A DNA stretch of 64,000 nt from an uncultured Acidobacteriota bacterium (GTDB lineage Bacteria; Acidobacteriota; Thermoanaerobaculia; UBA5066; Gp7-AA6): contig CAWERV010000002.1 in assembly GCA_963811425.1 (NCBI GenBank), positions 1,825 through 65,824 on the forward strand, in the 5' to 3' direction. Below the pieces are notes generated by a model, which saw only the letters and a list, made by a program, of their open reading frames with translations, was not told the DNA's origin and ran no database searches. Made by a program: the position numbers and the translations under genes. This document shows positions 22,860 to 31,531 of the stretch, piece after piece (position 1 is the first letter of the stretch; each line of letters starts with the position of its first letter).

Positions 22860-25499
22860 CTATTGCGGCGGCAGGATGTCCAGGTCCCCCGTGAGGCCGT
22901 CGATCGCGGCCGTCCAGGCGAAGACTTCCATGCTTTGGGTCACGGAAATCTGGATCCGGCCCGCCGGCTGGTTCGTGACGCCGAGCGCGGCGAAGACCGA
23001 GTCCAGGCGGCCGGCCTCGTGGTCGCCCAACGCGATGTCCACGTGGCCCGCCAGGGTTCCATCGGCCTTGAACCCGGTGACCGTGAGCGTTCCGGGATAT
23101 CCGCGATTGAAGAACAGAAGGTTGGTGCGGCGCGTCGCGGTCTGGGGGAGGCCGATCATGACGGCCGGTTTGTCGATCGTGATGCTGGCGGATCCGCTGA
23201 TCGCGCCCGCGAACGTGCCGAGGTCGCCCGCAGAATTCCGGGTCGCGATGCGCGCCGCGGATGCGACGGGCACGTTGGAAGTCACGAGCAGCGCGCCCTG
23301 CCCGGAAGCCAGACCGAAGAGGGTCGGCAAGACGTTTTGAATGGCCTGGCTCGCGAGGGGAGGAAGCGTGACGGGCGTGGTCAACGGGCTGTTGACGGTG
23401 CCGACCGGATAGAGAGTCACGGAGACCGTCGCGGACCCGGAATTCGGGTTCGAAAGGAAGAGATCGGAGACGAAACTCTTGCCGCCCGCGCCGACCACGG
23501 ATCCCGCGTTCGGGATGATCGCGCTCGTCGCGGCAACGACGGGAAGGCACGGCAGCACATCGTAGGTGCCGAGGTCGAGAACGGTGACGGCCGCCTGGAG
23601 GGCGCCCGAGTCGACGGCGACGCGTACGACGTCGCCGGAGCCGGGAGACACGCCGAACGCCGTGGCGGCGGGGTTGAACTCGAGCGCGGCGTTCTTGGCG
23701 AGCCGGAGTGCGTGCGTGCCGCGGATGCTGCCGTCCGGAGCCGAGAGCGTCAGCGTGGCGGTCGTATCGTCGAGGGCGTAAAGGTCGAGGATGGAGACCT
23801 CGGTCTCCAGGTCCGAGGTGAAGAGTGTCGTCGCCGAACCGGCTCCCAGGCTGCCGGCGGTTCCTTCTGCCGGGAACAGGTAGCCGTACGTCCCGCCGCC
23901 GGGAAGCACGCGCGCCGAGCGCACCGTGGACAGCAGCTTGCCGGAGTCGCCCGAGGTCGTCCGCATGCGGATCGGGCCGTCGAGGAGCGTCGTCGTCGGG
24001 GCGATGTTGCCGATGATGTCCGACAGGAGCTTGGTCGCCCCGGGGGCTATCGTGAAGGGTGCCCGCGGTGAGGCGGAGGCGGGCGAGAAGAGAAAGAGGG
24101 CCTCGCCGACGATCGGCGCGGTGCCGAGGTTCGAGACCGTCAGGTCGATCTGGATCTTGGAGTCCGCCGGGCCGGCTTGCGTCGTCGCGATCGGGACCGC
24201 CTGGTCCGTCGGTCCCCCGACGGCCTGGAGGTTGAGCTCCACGAGATTGCCGGTCGTCCCCACCCAGACGCGGCCTCCATCCACGGTAATCCCGAAGGAG
24301 TTGGTCGAGGGGAAGGTAGTCCGCTGCATCCCGGCCGCGGGAGTCGTCACGGTGAACTGGTCGGCGGTGATCGCGGCCGGCGTCGACGTGAAGGTCGTCG
24401 GCGTGATGATTCGGGGCAACGCACTGAGGGTATACGCGCGCCGGGGGTTGGTTACGCCGTGGACGTCCAGGGTCTCCGCCGTCAGCGTCTGGGTGAAAGT
24501 TGGGGGCGCGATGTTCGGATCGATCACCGTGACGCTCGACGTATCGATCGTGGTGACGTAGACGCGGTCCTGGAAGATGTCGAAGTGAATGGGCCCGGTG
24601 ATCCCGGTGAAGCTAGCCAGCGTCCCGGTCGTCGGATCGAAGCGGTCCACGCGGTTCGCCGCGAGTTGGGCGATCCAGAGGAAGCCTTTTTCGTCGAAGC
24701 CGATCTGTGCCGGGTTGAGCCTCCCGGACAGGAGAGGGAAAAACGTCCAGGACGTCTCGGTGAGGGCTTCGGGGACCCAGCGCACGATCCGGTTGTCGCC
24801 GAAGTCCGCCATCCACAGGGCACCGTCCGGACCGGGGACCATGTCCGCGTACGCGTACGTCTTCGCCGAGCGATAGTCGGTGACCGCCACGGTATTGTTC
24901 GAGTCCGGGCTCTGCAGGTCGACCCTTTCCATGACGGCACCGCTTTGCGGAAGCCACAGCGAACCGTCGGGTTCGCGGAGAAATGCCGCGGGAATCGAGC
25001 TGGGTATGACCCACTCGGTGAGCGCATTCGTCGTCGTGTTCAGGCTCGCGAACACGCTGAAGCCGGCGGGGATGGTGCTCTCGCCGGCCTCGATGAACCA
25101 GATCGTGTCGCCGTCGATCTGGAAGTCGACCGGGATGGCGCCGGTCGGGTCGGCCGTGGTGCCGGCGCGCAGCTGCCACTGCTTCATGACGCCGTCCTTG
25201 AGCACGGCGATGGTGTCCACCGAAGACTCGAGAAACCAGACGGAGCCGTCGGGCTGCGTCCGGATGCGGACCCCGTTGACGGCCGCCGTGTTCTGGGTGG
25301 GATGCAGGACGCCGACCGGGACGGTCGCAACGGCGGGCGTCGGCACGGGTGTGGGTACCCCCGTCGGCGCGGGCGTCGGCGTGGGCGATGGTGTGACGCT
25401 TCGGGTCGGCGTGGGGCTCGGCGTCTGGGCGACCGCGGCGGCCGAGCCGGCCGACGCGGCGAATATGCAGGCGGCGGCCCTCATGAGATGGCGTTTCAT
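22860..25499 (-). CDS. large secreted protein: Pro/Thr linker, Vgb-lyase/NHL-like beta-propeller, four C-terminal beta-rich modules
   Basis: Track ORF 22860..27485, trimmed to ATG 25499 (MKRHLMRAAACIFAASAGSAAAVAQ signal peptide). Linker TPSPTPTRSVTPSPTPTPAPTGVPTPVPTP. Propeller-blade motifs (QPDGSVWFLES, GPDGALWMADFGDNRIVRW, DEKGFLWIAQLAANRVDRFDP). The C-terminus ends ...AAIDGLTGDLDILPPQ. Confidence 0.75.
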   Translation of the reverse strand: MKRHLMRAAACIFAASAGSAAAVAQTPSPTPTRSVTPSPTPTPAPTGVPTPVPTPAVATVPVGVLHPTQNTAAVNGVRIRTQPDGSVWFLESSVDTIAVLKDGVMKQWQLRAGTTADPTGAIPVDFQIDGDTIWFIEAGESTIPAGFSVFASLNTTTNALTEWVIPSSIPAAFLREPDGSLWLPQSGAVMERVDLQSPDSNNTVAVTDYRSAKTYAYADMVPGPDGALWMADFGDNRIVRWVPEALTETSWTFFPLLSGRLNPAQIGFDEKGFLWIAQLAANRVDRFDPTTGTLASFTGITGPIHFDIFQDRVYVTTIDTSSVTVIDPNIAPPTFTQTLTAETLDVHGVTNPRRAYTLSALPRIITPTTFTSTPAAITADQFTVTTPAAGMQRTTFPSTNSFGITVDGGRVWVGTTGNLVELNLQAVGGPTDQAVPIATTQAGPADSKIQIDLTVSNLGTAPIVGEALFLFSPASASPRAPFTIAPGATKLLSDIIGNIAPTTTLLDGPIRMRTTSGDSGKLLSTVRSARVLPGGGTYGYLFPAEGTAGSLGAGSATTLFTSDLETEVSILDLYALDDTTATLTLSAPDGSIRGTHALRLAKNAALEFNPAATAFGVSPGSGDVVRVAVDSGALQAAVTVLDLGTYDVLPCLPVVAATSAIIPNAGSVVGAGGKSFVSDLFLSNPNSGSATVSVTLYPVGTVNSPLTTPVTLPPLASQAIQNVLPTLFGLASGQGALLVTSNVPVASAARIATRNSAGDLGTFAGAISGSASITIDKPAVMIGLPQTATRRTNLLFFNRGYPGTLTVTGFKADGTLAGHVDIALGDHEAGRLDSVFAALGVTNQPAGRIQISVTQSMEVFAWTAAIDGLTGDLDILPPQ

Positions 25500-25580
25500 G
25501 GGTTCGAGCCGATGATAACGCAGCCACCTGTCATGGCATTTCCTGCGACGCCGCCACGTTGTAGATTTCCGACCGCTCGC

Positions 25581-26687
25581 ATGGCTCCCTCCTCGCTCGC
25601 CAGCGCTCTCGCAGGCCGCACCGCCGCGGCGGCTGCCGAGCTCACGGAGCTGCTTCCGGACGGGAGGCTCCGTTGCCACGCGTGCGGACACCGTTGCCCG
25701 ATCCCGGAGGGCCGCGAGGGCGTGTGCCGCGTGCGCTTCCATCGGGATGGGGTCCTTCTGGCGCCGCGGGGCTACGTCGGAGCGCTGCAGTGCGATCCGA
25801 TCGAGAAGAAGCCGTTCTTCCATGCGCTGCCCGGCACGGACGCGCTGTCGTTCGGCATGCTCGGCTGCGACCTGCACTGCGCGTACTGCCAGAACTGGTT
25901 CACGTCGCAGTCCATACGCGATCCCGAAGCGGAGGGATCGCCCCGGGACATCACGCCCGAGGAGCTCGTGGCGCTGGCCGCGCGCAGCGGTGCCCCGACC
26001 ATCGTTTCGACCTACAACGAGCCCCTCATCACGTCGGAATGGGCGGTCGAGGTTTTCCGGGCGGCGAAGGCCCGGGGCCTGCGCACGGCGTACGTGTCCA
26101 ACGGCAACGGCACGCCGCGCGTGCTCGACTACATTCGTCCGTGGGTCGATTTCTACAAGGTGGATCTGAAGTCCATGGACGACCGGCATTACCGTCAGCT
26201 CGGCGGCGTGCTCCAGAACGTGCTGGACACGATCGCCGGGATCCACGAGCGCGGGATCTGGCTCGAGGTGCTCACCCTGGTGATCCCGGGCTTCAACGAC
26301 TCCGAGGAGGAGCTCACGCGGGCCGCCCGCTTCGTGGCGTCGGTCTCGCGGGACATCCCGTGGCACGTCACCGCCTTCCACCCCGACTACAAGATGACCG
26401 ACAGGGGCCGCACGCCCGCCGCCACGCTCCTCCGGGCCTGCGAGATCGGCACGTCCGAGGGGCTCCGCTACGTCTATGCCGGCAACATTTCCGGCATGGG
26501 ACCATGGGAGAACACCCGCTGTCCGGGGTGCGGCACGACACTGATCGAACGCTCCGGGTTCCGCGTTCTGGCCAACCGTCTCGAGAACGGCGCCTGTCCC
26601 GGCTGCGCGACGCCGATTCCGGGGCGCTGGGACCCGACGGTCGAGGGGACGACCCGGACCCACGGGATTCCGCTTCCGGTCGTCTAG
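25581..26687 (+). CDS. AmmeMemoRadiSam-system-type radical SAM enzyme (AmrS / PFL-activase-like)
   Basis: 3' part of track ORF 24177..26687, starting at ATG 25581 (alternative ATG 25533). N-terminal Cys pattern (LRCHACGHRCPIPEGREGVCRVR), radical SAM motif CDLHCAYCQNW, and C-terminal zinc-ribbon-like CPGCGTTL...CPGCATPI. Confidence 0.8.
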   Translation: MAPSSLASALAGRTAAAAAELTELLPDGRLRCHACGHRCPIPEGREGVCRVRFHRDGVLLAPRGYVGALQCDPIEKKPFFHALPGTDALSFGMLGCDLHCAYCQNWFTSQSIRDPEAEGSPRDITPEELVALAARSGAPTIVSTYNEPLITSEWAVEVFRAAKARGLRTAYVSNGNGTPRVLDYIRPWVDFYKVDLKSMDDRHYRQLGGVLQNVLDTIAGIHERGIWLEVLTLVIPGFNDSEEELTRAARFVASVSRDIPWHVTAFHPDYKMTDRGRTPAATLLRACEIGTSEGLRYVYAGNISGMGPWENTRCPGCGTTLIERSGFRVLANRLENGACPGCATPIPGRWDPTVEGTTRTHGIPLPVV

Positions 26688-26705
26688 TCGACGGAGGGAG
26701 ACGAG

Positions 26706-27452
26706 ATGGGAGTGCGTCCGATCTGCCTGCTGTTTTTCTTCCTGGTCTTCGCCACGGGTTCGCCGGCAGCGGTGAGAGAGGACGACGTGCCCGCGCTCCT
26801 GCGGCGTCAGACCCAGGAGCTCGTCGATGCGATCGCGACGGGCTCCGCCGAGGTCTGGGAACGCTACCTGGATCCCGACGTCCGCTATGTCGACGAGAGC
26901 GGAGCCGTGATGACCAAGAAGCAGATGGTCGATGGCACGAAACCATTGCCGCCCGGCGTCTCGGGAAGCATCCGCGTCACCGATTTCGACGTCACCGTCC
27001 ACGGCGACCTCGCCGTCGCCACCTCCATCGACGACGAGCACGAGGATTTTCACGGCCACGAGCTCCATTGCCAGTACCGAACGACGGACACCTGGCGCAG
27101 GACCGCGATGGGCTGGAGGCTCATCGGCTCTCAGGTGCTGGCCATGCGCACGGATCCGCCCTCCGTGGAGCTGCCCGCCTCGCTTCGCGAGGAGTATTGC
27201 GGGCGCTACGCGCTCGACGCCTCCATCCAGTACGAGATCCGGTGCATCGGGGCCGCGCTCGAGGGCCAGCAGAGCGGCCGCAAGGCCGAGGCGTTGCTCG
27301 CCGAGGCGCCCGATGTCCTGTTCGTGCCGGGCCACCCGCGGTACCGCTACGTGTTCCTGCGCGGCAAGGACGGGAAAGTCACCGGCTTTGCGCAGCGGCG
27401 CGAGGCATGGGATCTCGTCTGGGAGCGAATGGCCGGAAAGCCCGGCCCCTGA
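26706..27452 (+). CDS. secreted NTF2-like (DUF4440/SnoaL-like) protein with DUF3471-like C-terminal domain
   Basis: 248-aa track ORF. Signal peptide MGVRPICLLFFFLVFATGSPAAV. Segment VDAIATGSAEVWERYLDPDVRYVDESG...VTVHGDLAVA is NTF2-like. Family call is by eye. Confidence 0.55.
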   Translation: MGVRPICLLFFFLVFATGSPAAVREDDVPALLRRQTQELVDAIATGSAEVWERYLDPDVRYVDESGAVMTKKQMVDGTKPLPPGVSGSIRVTDFDVTVHGDLAVATSIDDEHEDFHGHELHCQYRTTDTWRRTAMGWRLIGSQVLAMRTDPPSVELPASLREEYCGRYALDASIQYEIRCIGAALEGQQSGRKAEALLAEAPDVLFVPGHPRYRYVFLRGKDGKVTGFAQRREAWDLVWERMAGKPGP

Positions 27453-27505
27453 GAACGTAAACCTCCCCGTCCCGGCCTCGTCCAACCCTCCAGAAGGGAG
27501 GATCC

Positions 27506-28879
27506 ATGAGCGTCGATTGGACGCGGGACACGGCCGCGCACCTGCTGCGCCGGGCGGGTTTCGGCGGGACGCCCGGCGAGATCGACGGCCTCTTCGCGCT
27601 CGGCCTGGACGGTGCCGTTTCCTCCCTCGTCGACTACGACGCGATCAGCACGTCCGCGTACGAAGCGAGCCTCGCGGCCAGGAACTACAACCTGCTCAAG
27701 ACGGTCGGACTCCAGCAGTGGTTCATGGATCGGATGGCGTTCTCTCCTCGCCCCCTCGAGGAGAAGATGACCTATTTCTGGAACCTCCACTGGACCTCGG
27801 GCATCGCGAAGGTCAAGGGCGAGACGCTCATCCTCGCGCAGAACAAGACCGAGCGGGAGCACGCGATGGGGAAGTTCGACGACCTGGTCGTCGCCATGTC
27901 GCAGGACCCGGCAATGCTGATCTGGCTCGACAACGCCACGAACAAGGTCGGACGCCCCAACGAGAACTACGGCCGCGAGCTCATGGAGCTCTTCACGCTG
28001 GGAATCGGCAACTACTCGCAGACCGACGTCACCGAGGTTGCCCGGGCGCTCACGGGATGGACGGTCACGAACTACAACCGCGCGACCGACTTCAACGGAG
28101 CCACGTTCCTCGACCGCGCCGACTACCACGACAACGGCTCGAAGACCATTCTGGGAAAAACCGGCAACTGGAATGGCTACGATGCGATCGACATCATCCT
28201 GAACTTGACCGACGGGGCCGGATCGGTGTCGGGCCGCTTCCTCGGCGGCAAGTTGTGGTCCTTCTTCGCCGGGACGTACGCTCCGGACTACGTCGTCGAC
28301 GAGCTGCAGAAGACCTACGTCGCCTCCGGGCGCGCGATCCGCGAGGTGGTGCGGGCCATCCTCCTGCACCCCGAGTTCTACGCGGCGCACTCGGTCAAGA
28401 CCTGGGTGCGAAGCCCCGTCGAATTCACGGTCGCCGCAATCCGTATGCTCGGTGGCGCCAGCGACTTCTCGACGCCCGCAAACTCGCTTCCCGGCATGGG
28501 GCAGCCCCTCTTCAATCCTTCCGATGCGAAGGGCTGGGACTGGGGCCTGGCGTGGATGAACACGGGCTCGCTCTTCGCCCGTGCATCCCTGGCGAACACG
28601 CTGGCGTCCAACCGCGGCTCCTCCGGCACCCGCTTCGATCCCGGCGCGCTGCTCGCGGGCTCGGACGCGTCCACGGCCGAGAAGGTCGTGGATCTGGTGG
28701 CGAGCCGACTGAACGTGGACGACGCATCGGCCGAGGTCCGCGGCGCCTGGATCGACTACCTGAACCGCGAGGACGACGGCTCGCTCGGGACGTGGACCGA
28801 CACGCCGCAGAGCATCGACAAGAAGGTGCGGGGGCTCGTGCACCTGATGCTCACGAGCCCGGCGTTCCAGCTCGCCTGA
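27506..28879 (+). CDS. DUF1800 domain protein
   Basis: 457-aa track ORF. The N-terminal AHLLRRAGFGGTPGEI motif and WFMDRM...MTYFWNLHW...NENYGRELMELFTLG are characteristic of DUF1800. Confidence 0.8.
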   Translation: MSVDWTRDTAAHLLRRAGFGGTPGEIDGLFALGLDGAVSSLVDYDAISTSAYEASLAARNYNLLKTVGLQQWFMDRMAFSPRPLEEKMTYFWNLHWTSGIAKVKGETLILAQNKTEREHAMGKFDDLVVAMSQDPAMLIWLDNATNKVGRPNENYGRELMELFTLGIGNYSQTDVTEVARALTGWTVTNYNRATDFNGATFLDRADYHDNGSKTILGKTGNWNGYDAIDIILNLTDGAGSVSGRFLGGKLWSFFAGTYAPDYVVDELQKTYVASGRAIREVVRAILLHPEFYAAHSVKTWVRSPVEFTVAAIRMLGGASDFSTPANSLPGMGQPLFNPSDAKGWDWGLAWMNTGSLFARASLANTLASNRGSSGTRFDPGALLAGSDASTAEKVVDLVASRLNVDDASAEVRGAWIDYLNREDDGSLGTWTDTPQSIDKKVRGLVHLMLTSPAFQLA

Positions 28880-28896
28880 GGGCACCGGAGGGCACG

Positions 28897-30147
28897 ATGG
28901 CTTTCTCCCGGCGCGACTTCCTGCTCCGCTCGACCGGTTTCGTCACGGTCTCGGCCATGGTCCCGCGCTGGGCGGTCCAGCGGGCGTCGCGCTTCGAGGA
29001 GTCCGTCGCGGCGGCCAACCCGAACCGAACCCTCGTCGTCCTGGAGTTGATGGGAGGCAACGACGGGCTCAACACGATCGTCCCCTACACGGACTCGCTG
29101 TATCCGGCCCTGCGGTCCCGCATCGGCATTGCCACCGGTTCCGTGCTGCCGCTCGACGCCAGGCTCGGCATGAACCCGGTCATGACGGACCTGAAGGCTC
29201 TCTGGGACGCCCATCGCGTCGCGATCGTCACGAACGTCGGGTATCCGAACTCGAGTCTCTCCCACTTCCAGTCGCGGGACATCTGGCACACGGCGGATCC
29301 GCTGCTCGGGCAGCGGCGCGGGTGGCTCGGGCGGTGGGCCGACGGTGTCCTCGCGGGCAACGGGAACCCACTCTCGTGCGCGGCGATCTCTCAGTCCCTT
29401 CCGCGAACCCTGCTTGCCGATCACGTGGGCGTGCCCACGTTTCTTTCGCTCGCCAGCTACCGGTACCAGACCGACGGCGCCTTTCCGGCGGACTCCGTCA
29501 ACCAGGTCAACGCATTCGTGGCCTCGAGCGGCGCCGAGTACGAGATCGAGAACACGCCGTCGGCGCTCTCGGGCGTCGGACAGGACGCGATCACATCGTC
29601 CGGCATCTTGCAGACCGTCGGCAACGGTTACGTCGCGATGGGAAGTTATCCGAACAACAGCCTGGCGGCGGGGCTGGAGCTCATCGCCCAGATCGTCCAT
29701 GCGGATGTCGGGGCACGCATTCTCTACGTCACCTATGGGGGATTCGACAATCACTCCGGCGAGGACCAGGACCACGATCCGCTGCTCGCCGACGTGGCGG
29801 GCTCGATCAGGGCGTTCTTCGACGACCTCGATGGCCACGGCAAGGCGCACGACGTGCTCCTGATGACGTGGTCCGAATTCGGGCGCCGCGCGCAGGACAA
29901 CGGCTCCAACGGCACCGATCACGGCACGTCCGCTCCCCATTTCGTCGTCGGCGATGCCGTCGTGCCGGGTATCCATGGCAGCCCTCCGGACCTCGCGCAC
30001 CTGGACGCGAACGGCAATCTTTCGATCGAGAACGATTTCCGCTCCTACTACGGCACGATCCTCACGGACTGGCTCGGCGCCGATGCGACTGCGATCCTCG
30101 GCTCCGGTTGGCCGAATCTCGGCTTCTTGAACAAGAGTTACGCGTAG
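28897..30147 (+). CDS. DUF1501 domain protein (Tat-signal, alkaline-phosphatase/sulfatase superfamily-like)
   Basis: 3' part of track ORF 26932..30147, starting at ATG 28897 (GGAGG upstream). Twin-arginine signal MAFSRRDFLLRS. Also LMGGNDGLNT...YGGFDNH...TWSEFGRR...GTDHG. Confidence 0.85.
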   Translation: MAFSRRDFLLRSTGFVTVSAMVPRWAVQRASRFEESVAAANPNRTLVVLELMGGNDGLNTIVPYTDSLYPALRSRIGIATGSVLPLDARLGMNPVMTDLKALWDAHRVAIVTNVGYPNSSLSHFQSRDIWHTADPLLGQRRGWLGRWADGVLAGNGNPLSCAAISQSLPRTLLADHVGVPTFLSLASYRYQTDGAFPADSVNQVNAFVASSGAEYEIENTPSALSGVGQDAITSSGILQTVGNGYVAMGSYPNNSLAAGLELIAQIVHADVGARILYVTYGGFDNHSGEDQDHDPLLADVAGSIRAFFDDLDGHGKAHDVLLMTWSEFGRRAQDNGSNGTDHGTSAPHFVVGDAVVPGIHGSPPDLAHLDANGNLSIENDFRSYYGTILTDWLGADATAILGSGWPNLGFLNKSYA

Positions 30148-30151
30148 AGTC

Positions 30152-30237
30152 GTCATCCCGAGGAGCGAAGCGACGAGGAACCCTTTTCCCAGCCGCACCC
30201 CGCCCTCAAAAGGATCTCTCGCTGCGCTCGAAATGAC
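30152..30237. repeat. REP/MITE-like palindromic element, copy R1
   Basis: GTCATCCCGAGGAGCGAAGCGACGAGGAACCC ... GGATCTCTCGCTGCGCTCGAAATGAC, immediately after the DUF1501 stop codon. It shares termini and an internal GCGAGG-type motif with the copies at 40155, 59662 and 62235. Confidence 0.7.
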
Positions 30238-30282
30238 AGGCAGAGTCCGGGGTCCGAATCCCCGTCTGATAGCCTCCCGCCC

Positions 30283-31380
30283 GTGATCGGCGGCCAGGCG
30301 ACTCTCGAGGGCACGCGGCGCTTTGCCGCGCGTTCGGACGCGGCGGCCGGCCATTTTCGCGAAGTGATGGGCCTCGCGCTCTCCTCGATCGGCCTCGGCA
30401 CGTACCTCGGCCCGGAGGACGCGGCTACGGACGAGGGCTACGAGGCGGTGGCCGGGTTCGGGCTCACGGCGGGAATCAACGTCTTCGACACGGCGATCAA
30501 CTACCGGGGACAGAGGAGCGAGCGCGCCATCGGGAGAGCGGTCGCGAGCTCCATCGCCCGGGGCGAGGCCAGGCGCGACGAGGTTTTCGTCGCGACGAAG
30601 GGTGGTTACCTGCCACACGATGCCGAGGATCCGCGGCCGGCGCGGCGGTATGTCCAGGAAATGTTCCTCGCGCCGGGCCTCGCGCCAAAGGACGAGATCG
30701 CGCAGTCGTGCCATTGCATGGCTCCCTCCTACCTGCGGGATCAGATCGATCGGAGCCGGGCGAATCTCGGACTGGAGACCATCGATCTCTACTACCTCCA
30801 CAACATCGAGACGCAGCTGCCGGCCGTGGACCGCGACACGTTCCGGTCCCGGCTCTCCCGCGCGATCGAGACCCTGGAAGAGGCCGCCGATCAGGGGAGG
30901 ATCGCGGCGTGGGGCCTGGCGACCTGGGATGGATTGCGGGTGCCTCCCGAACACCCCGAGCACCTGTCGATCGAGGACGCGCGGTCCCTGGCCGCCGAGG
31001 TCGCCGGCGCGGGGCACCGCTTCCGCGCGATCCAACTGCCCGTGAATCTCGGCATGGCGCACGCCGTCGTCTATCGCTCCCAGGCCGCGGGTGGGAAACG
31101 CGTCCCCGCATTGGAAGCCGCGCGCCATTTCGGTCTGGCCGCGTTCGGATCGGCGTCGATGCTCCAGGGGCGTCTCTCCGGCGAGCTCCCGGAAGAAGTT
31201 GTGGAGGCCTTCCCCCGGGAAGAGACGCCGGCGAGGCGGGCGCTTCAGTTTGCCCGTTCCGCTCCGGGGCTTACGGCGGCTCTGGTAGGCGTTTCGAGCC
31301 TCGAGCACGCCCGCGAAGACTTCGGGCTCGCCCGTCTGCCGCCCGCGGACCCGCGGAGAGTCCTGGGTCTTTTCGTGTGA
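30283..31380 (+). CDS. aldo/keto reductase family oxidoreductase
   Basis: 365-aa track ORF with a GTG start. LSSIGLGTY, INVFDTAINYRGQRSERAIG, IDLYYLHN. Confidence 0.85.
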   Translation: MIGGQATLEGTRRFAARSDAAAGHFREVMGLALSSIGLGTYLGPEDAATDEGYEAVAGFGLTAGINVFDTAINYRGQRSERAIGRAVASSIARGEARRDEVFVATKGGYLPHDAEDPRPARRYVQEMFLAPGLAPKDEIAQSCHCMAPSYLRDQIDRSRANLGLETIDLYYLHNIETQLPAVDRDTFRSRLSRAIETLEEAADQGRIAAWGLATWDGLRVPPEHPEHLSIEDARSLAAEVAGAGHRFRAIQLPVNLGMAHAVVYRSQAAGGKRVPALEAARHFGLAAFGSASMLQGRLSGELPEEVVEAFPREETPARRALQFARSAPGLTAALVGVSSLEHAREDFGLARLPPADPRRVLGLFV

Positions 31381-31531
31381 GGTGCGGACGGGCTAAGGCC
31401 TTACGGCCCCGTGCCTTGGGGGGCCAGCCCGGGCAGGGCAGGCTCAGGATCGCTTTTCTTTGGCTTTCGTCGTAGAATGCGCGTGTTCCCGCCCGGACCT
31501 ATGAGTCAGCGCGGCGGGGGTTTGGGAGTTC

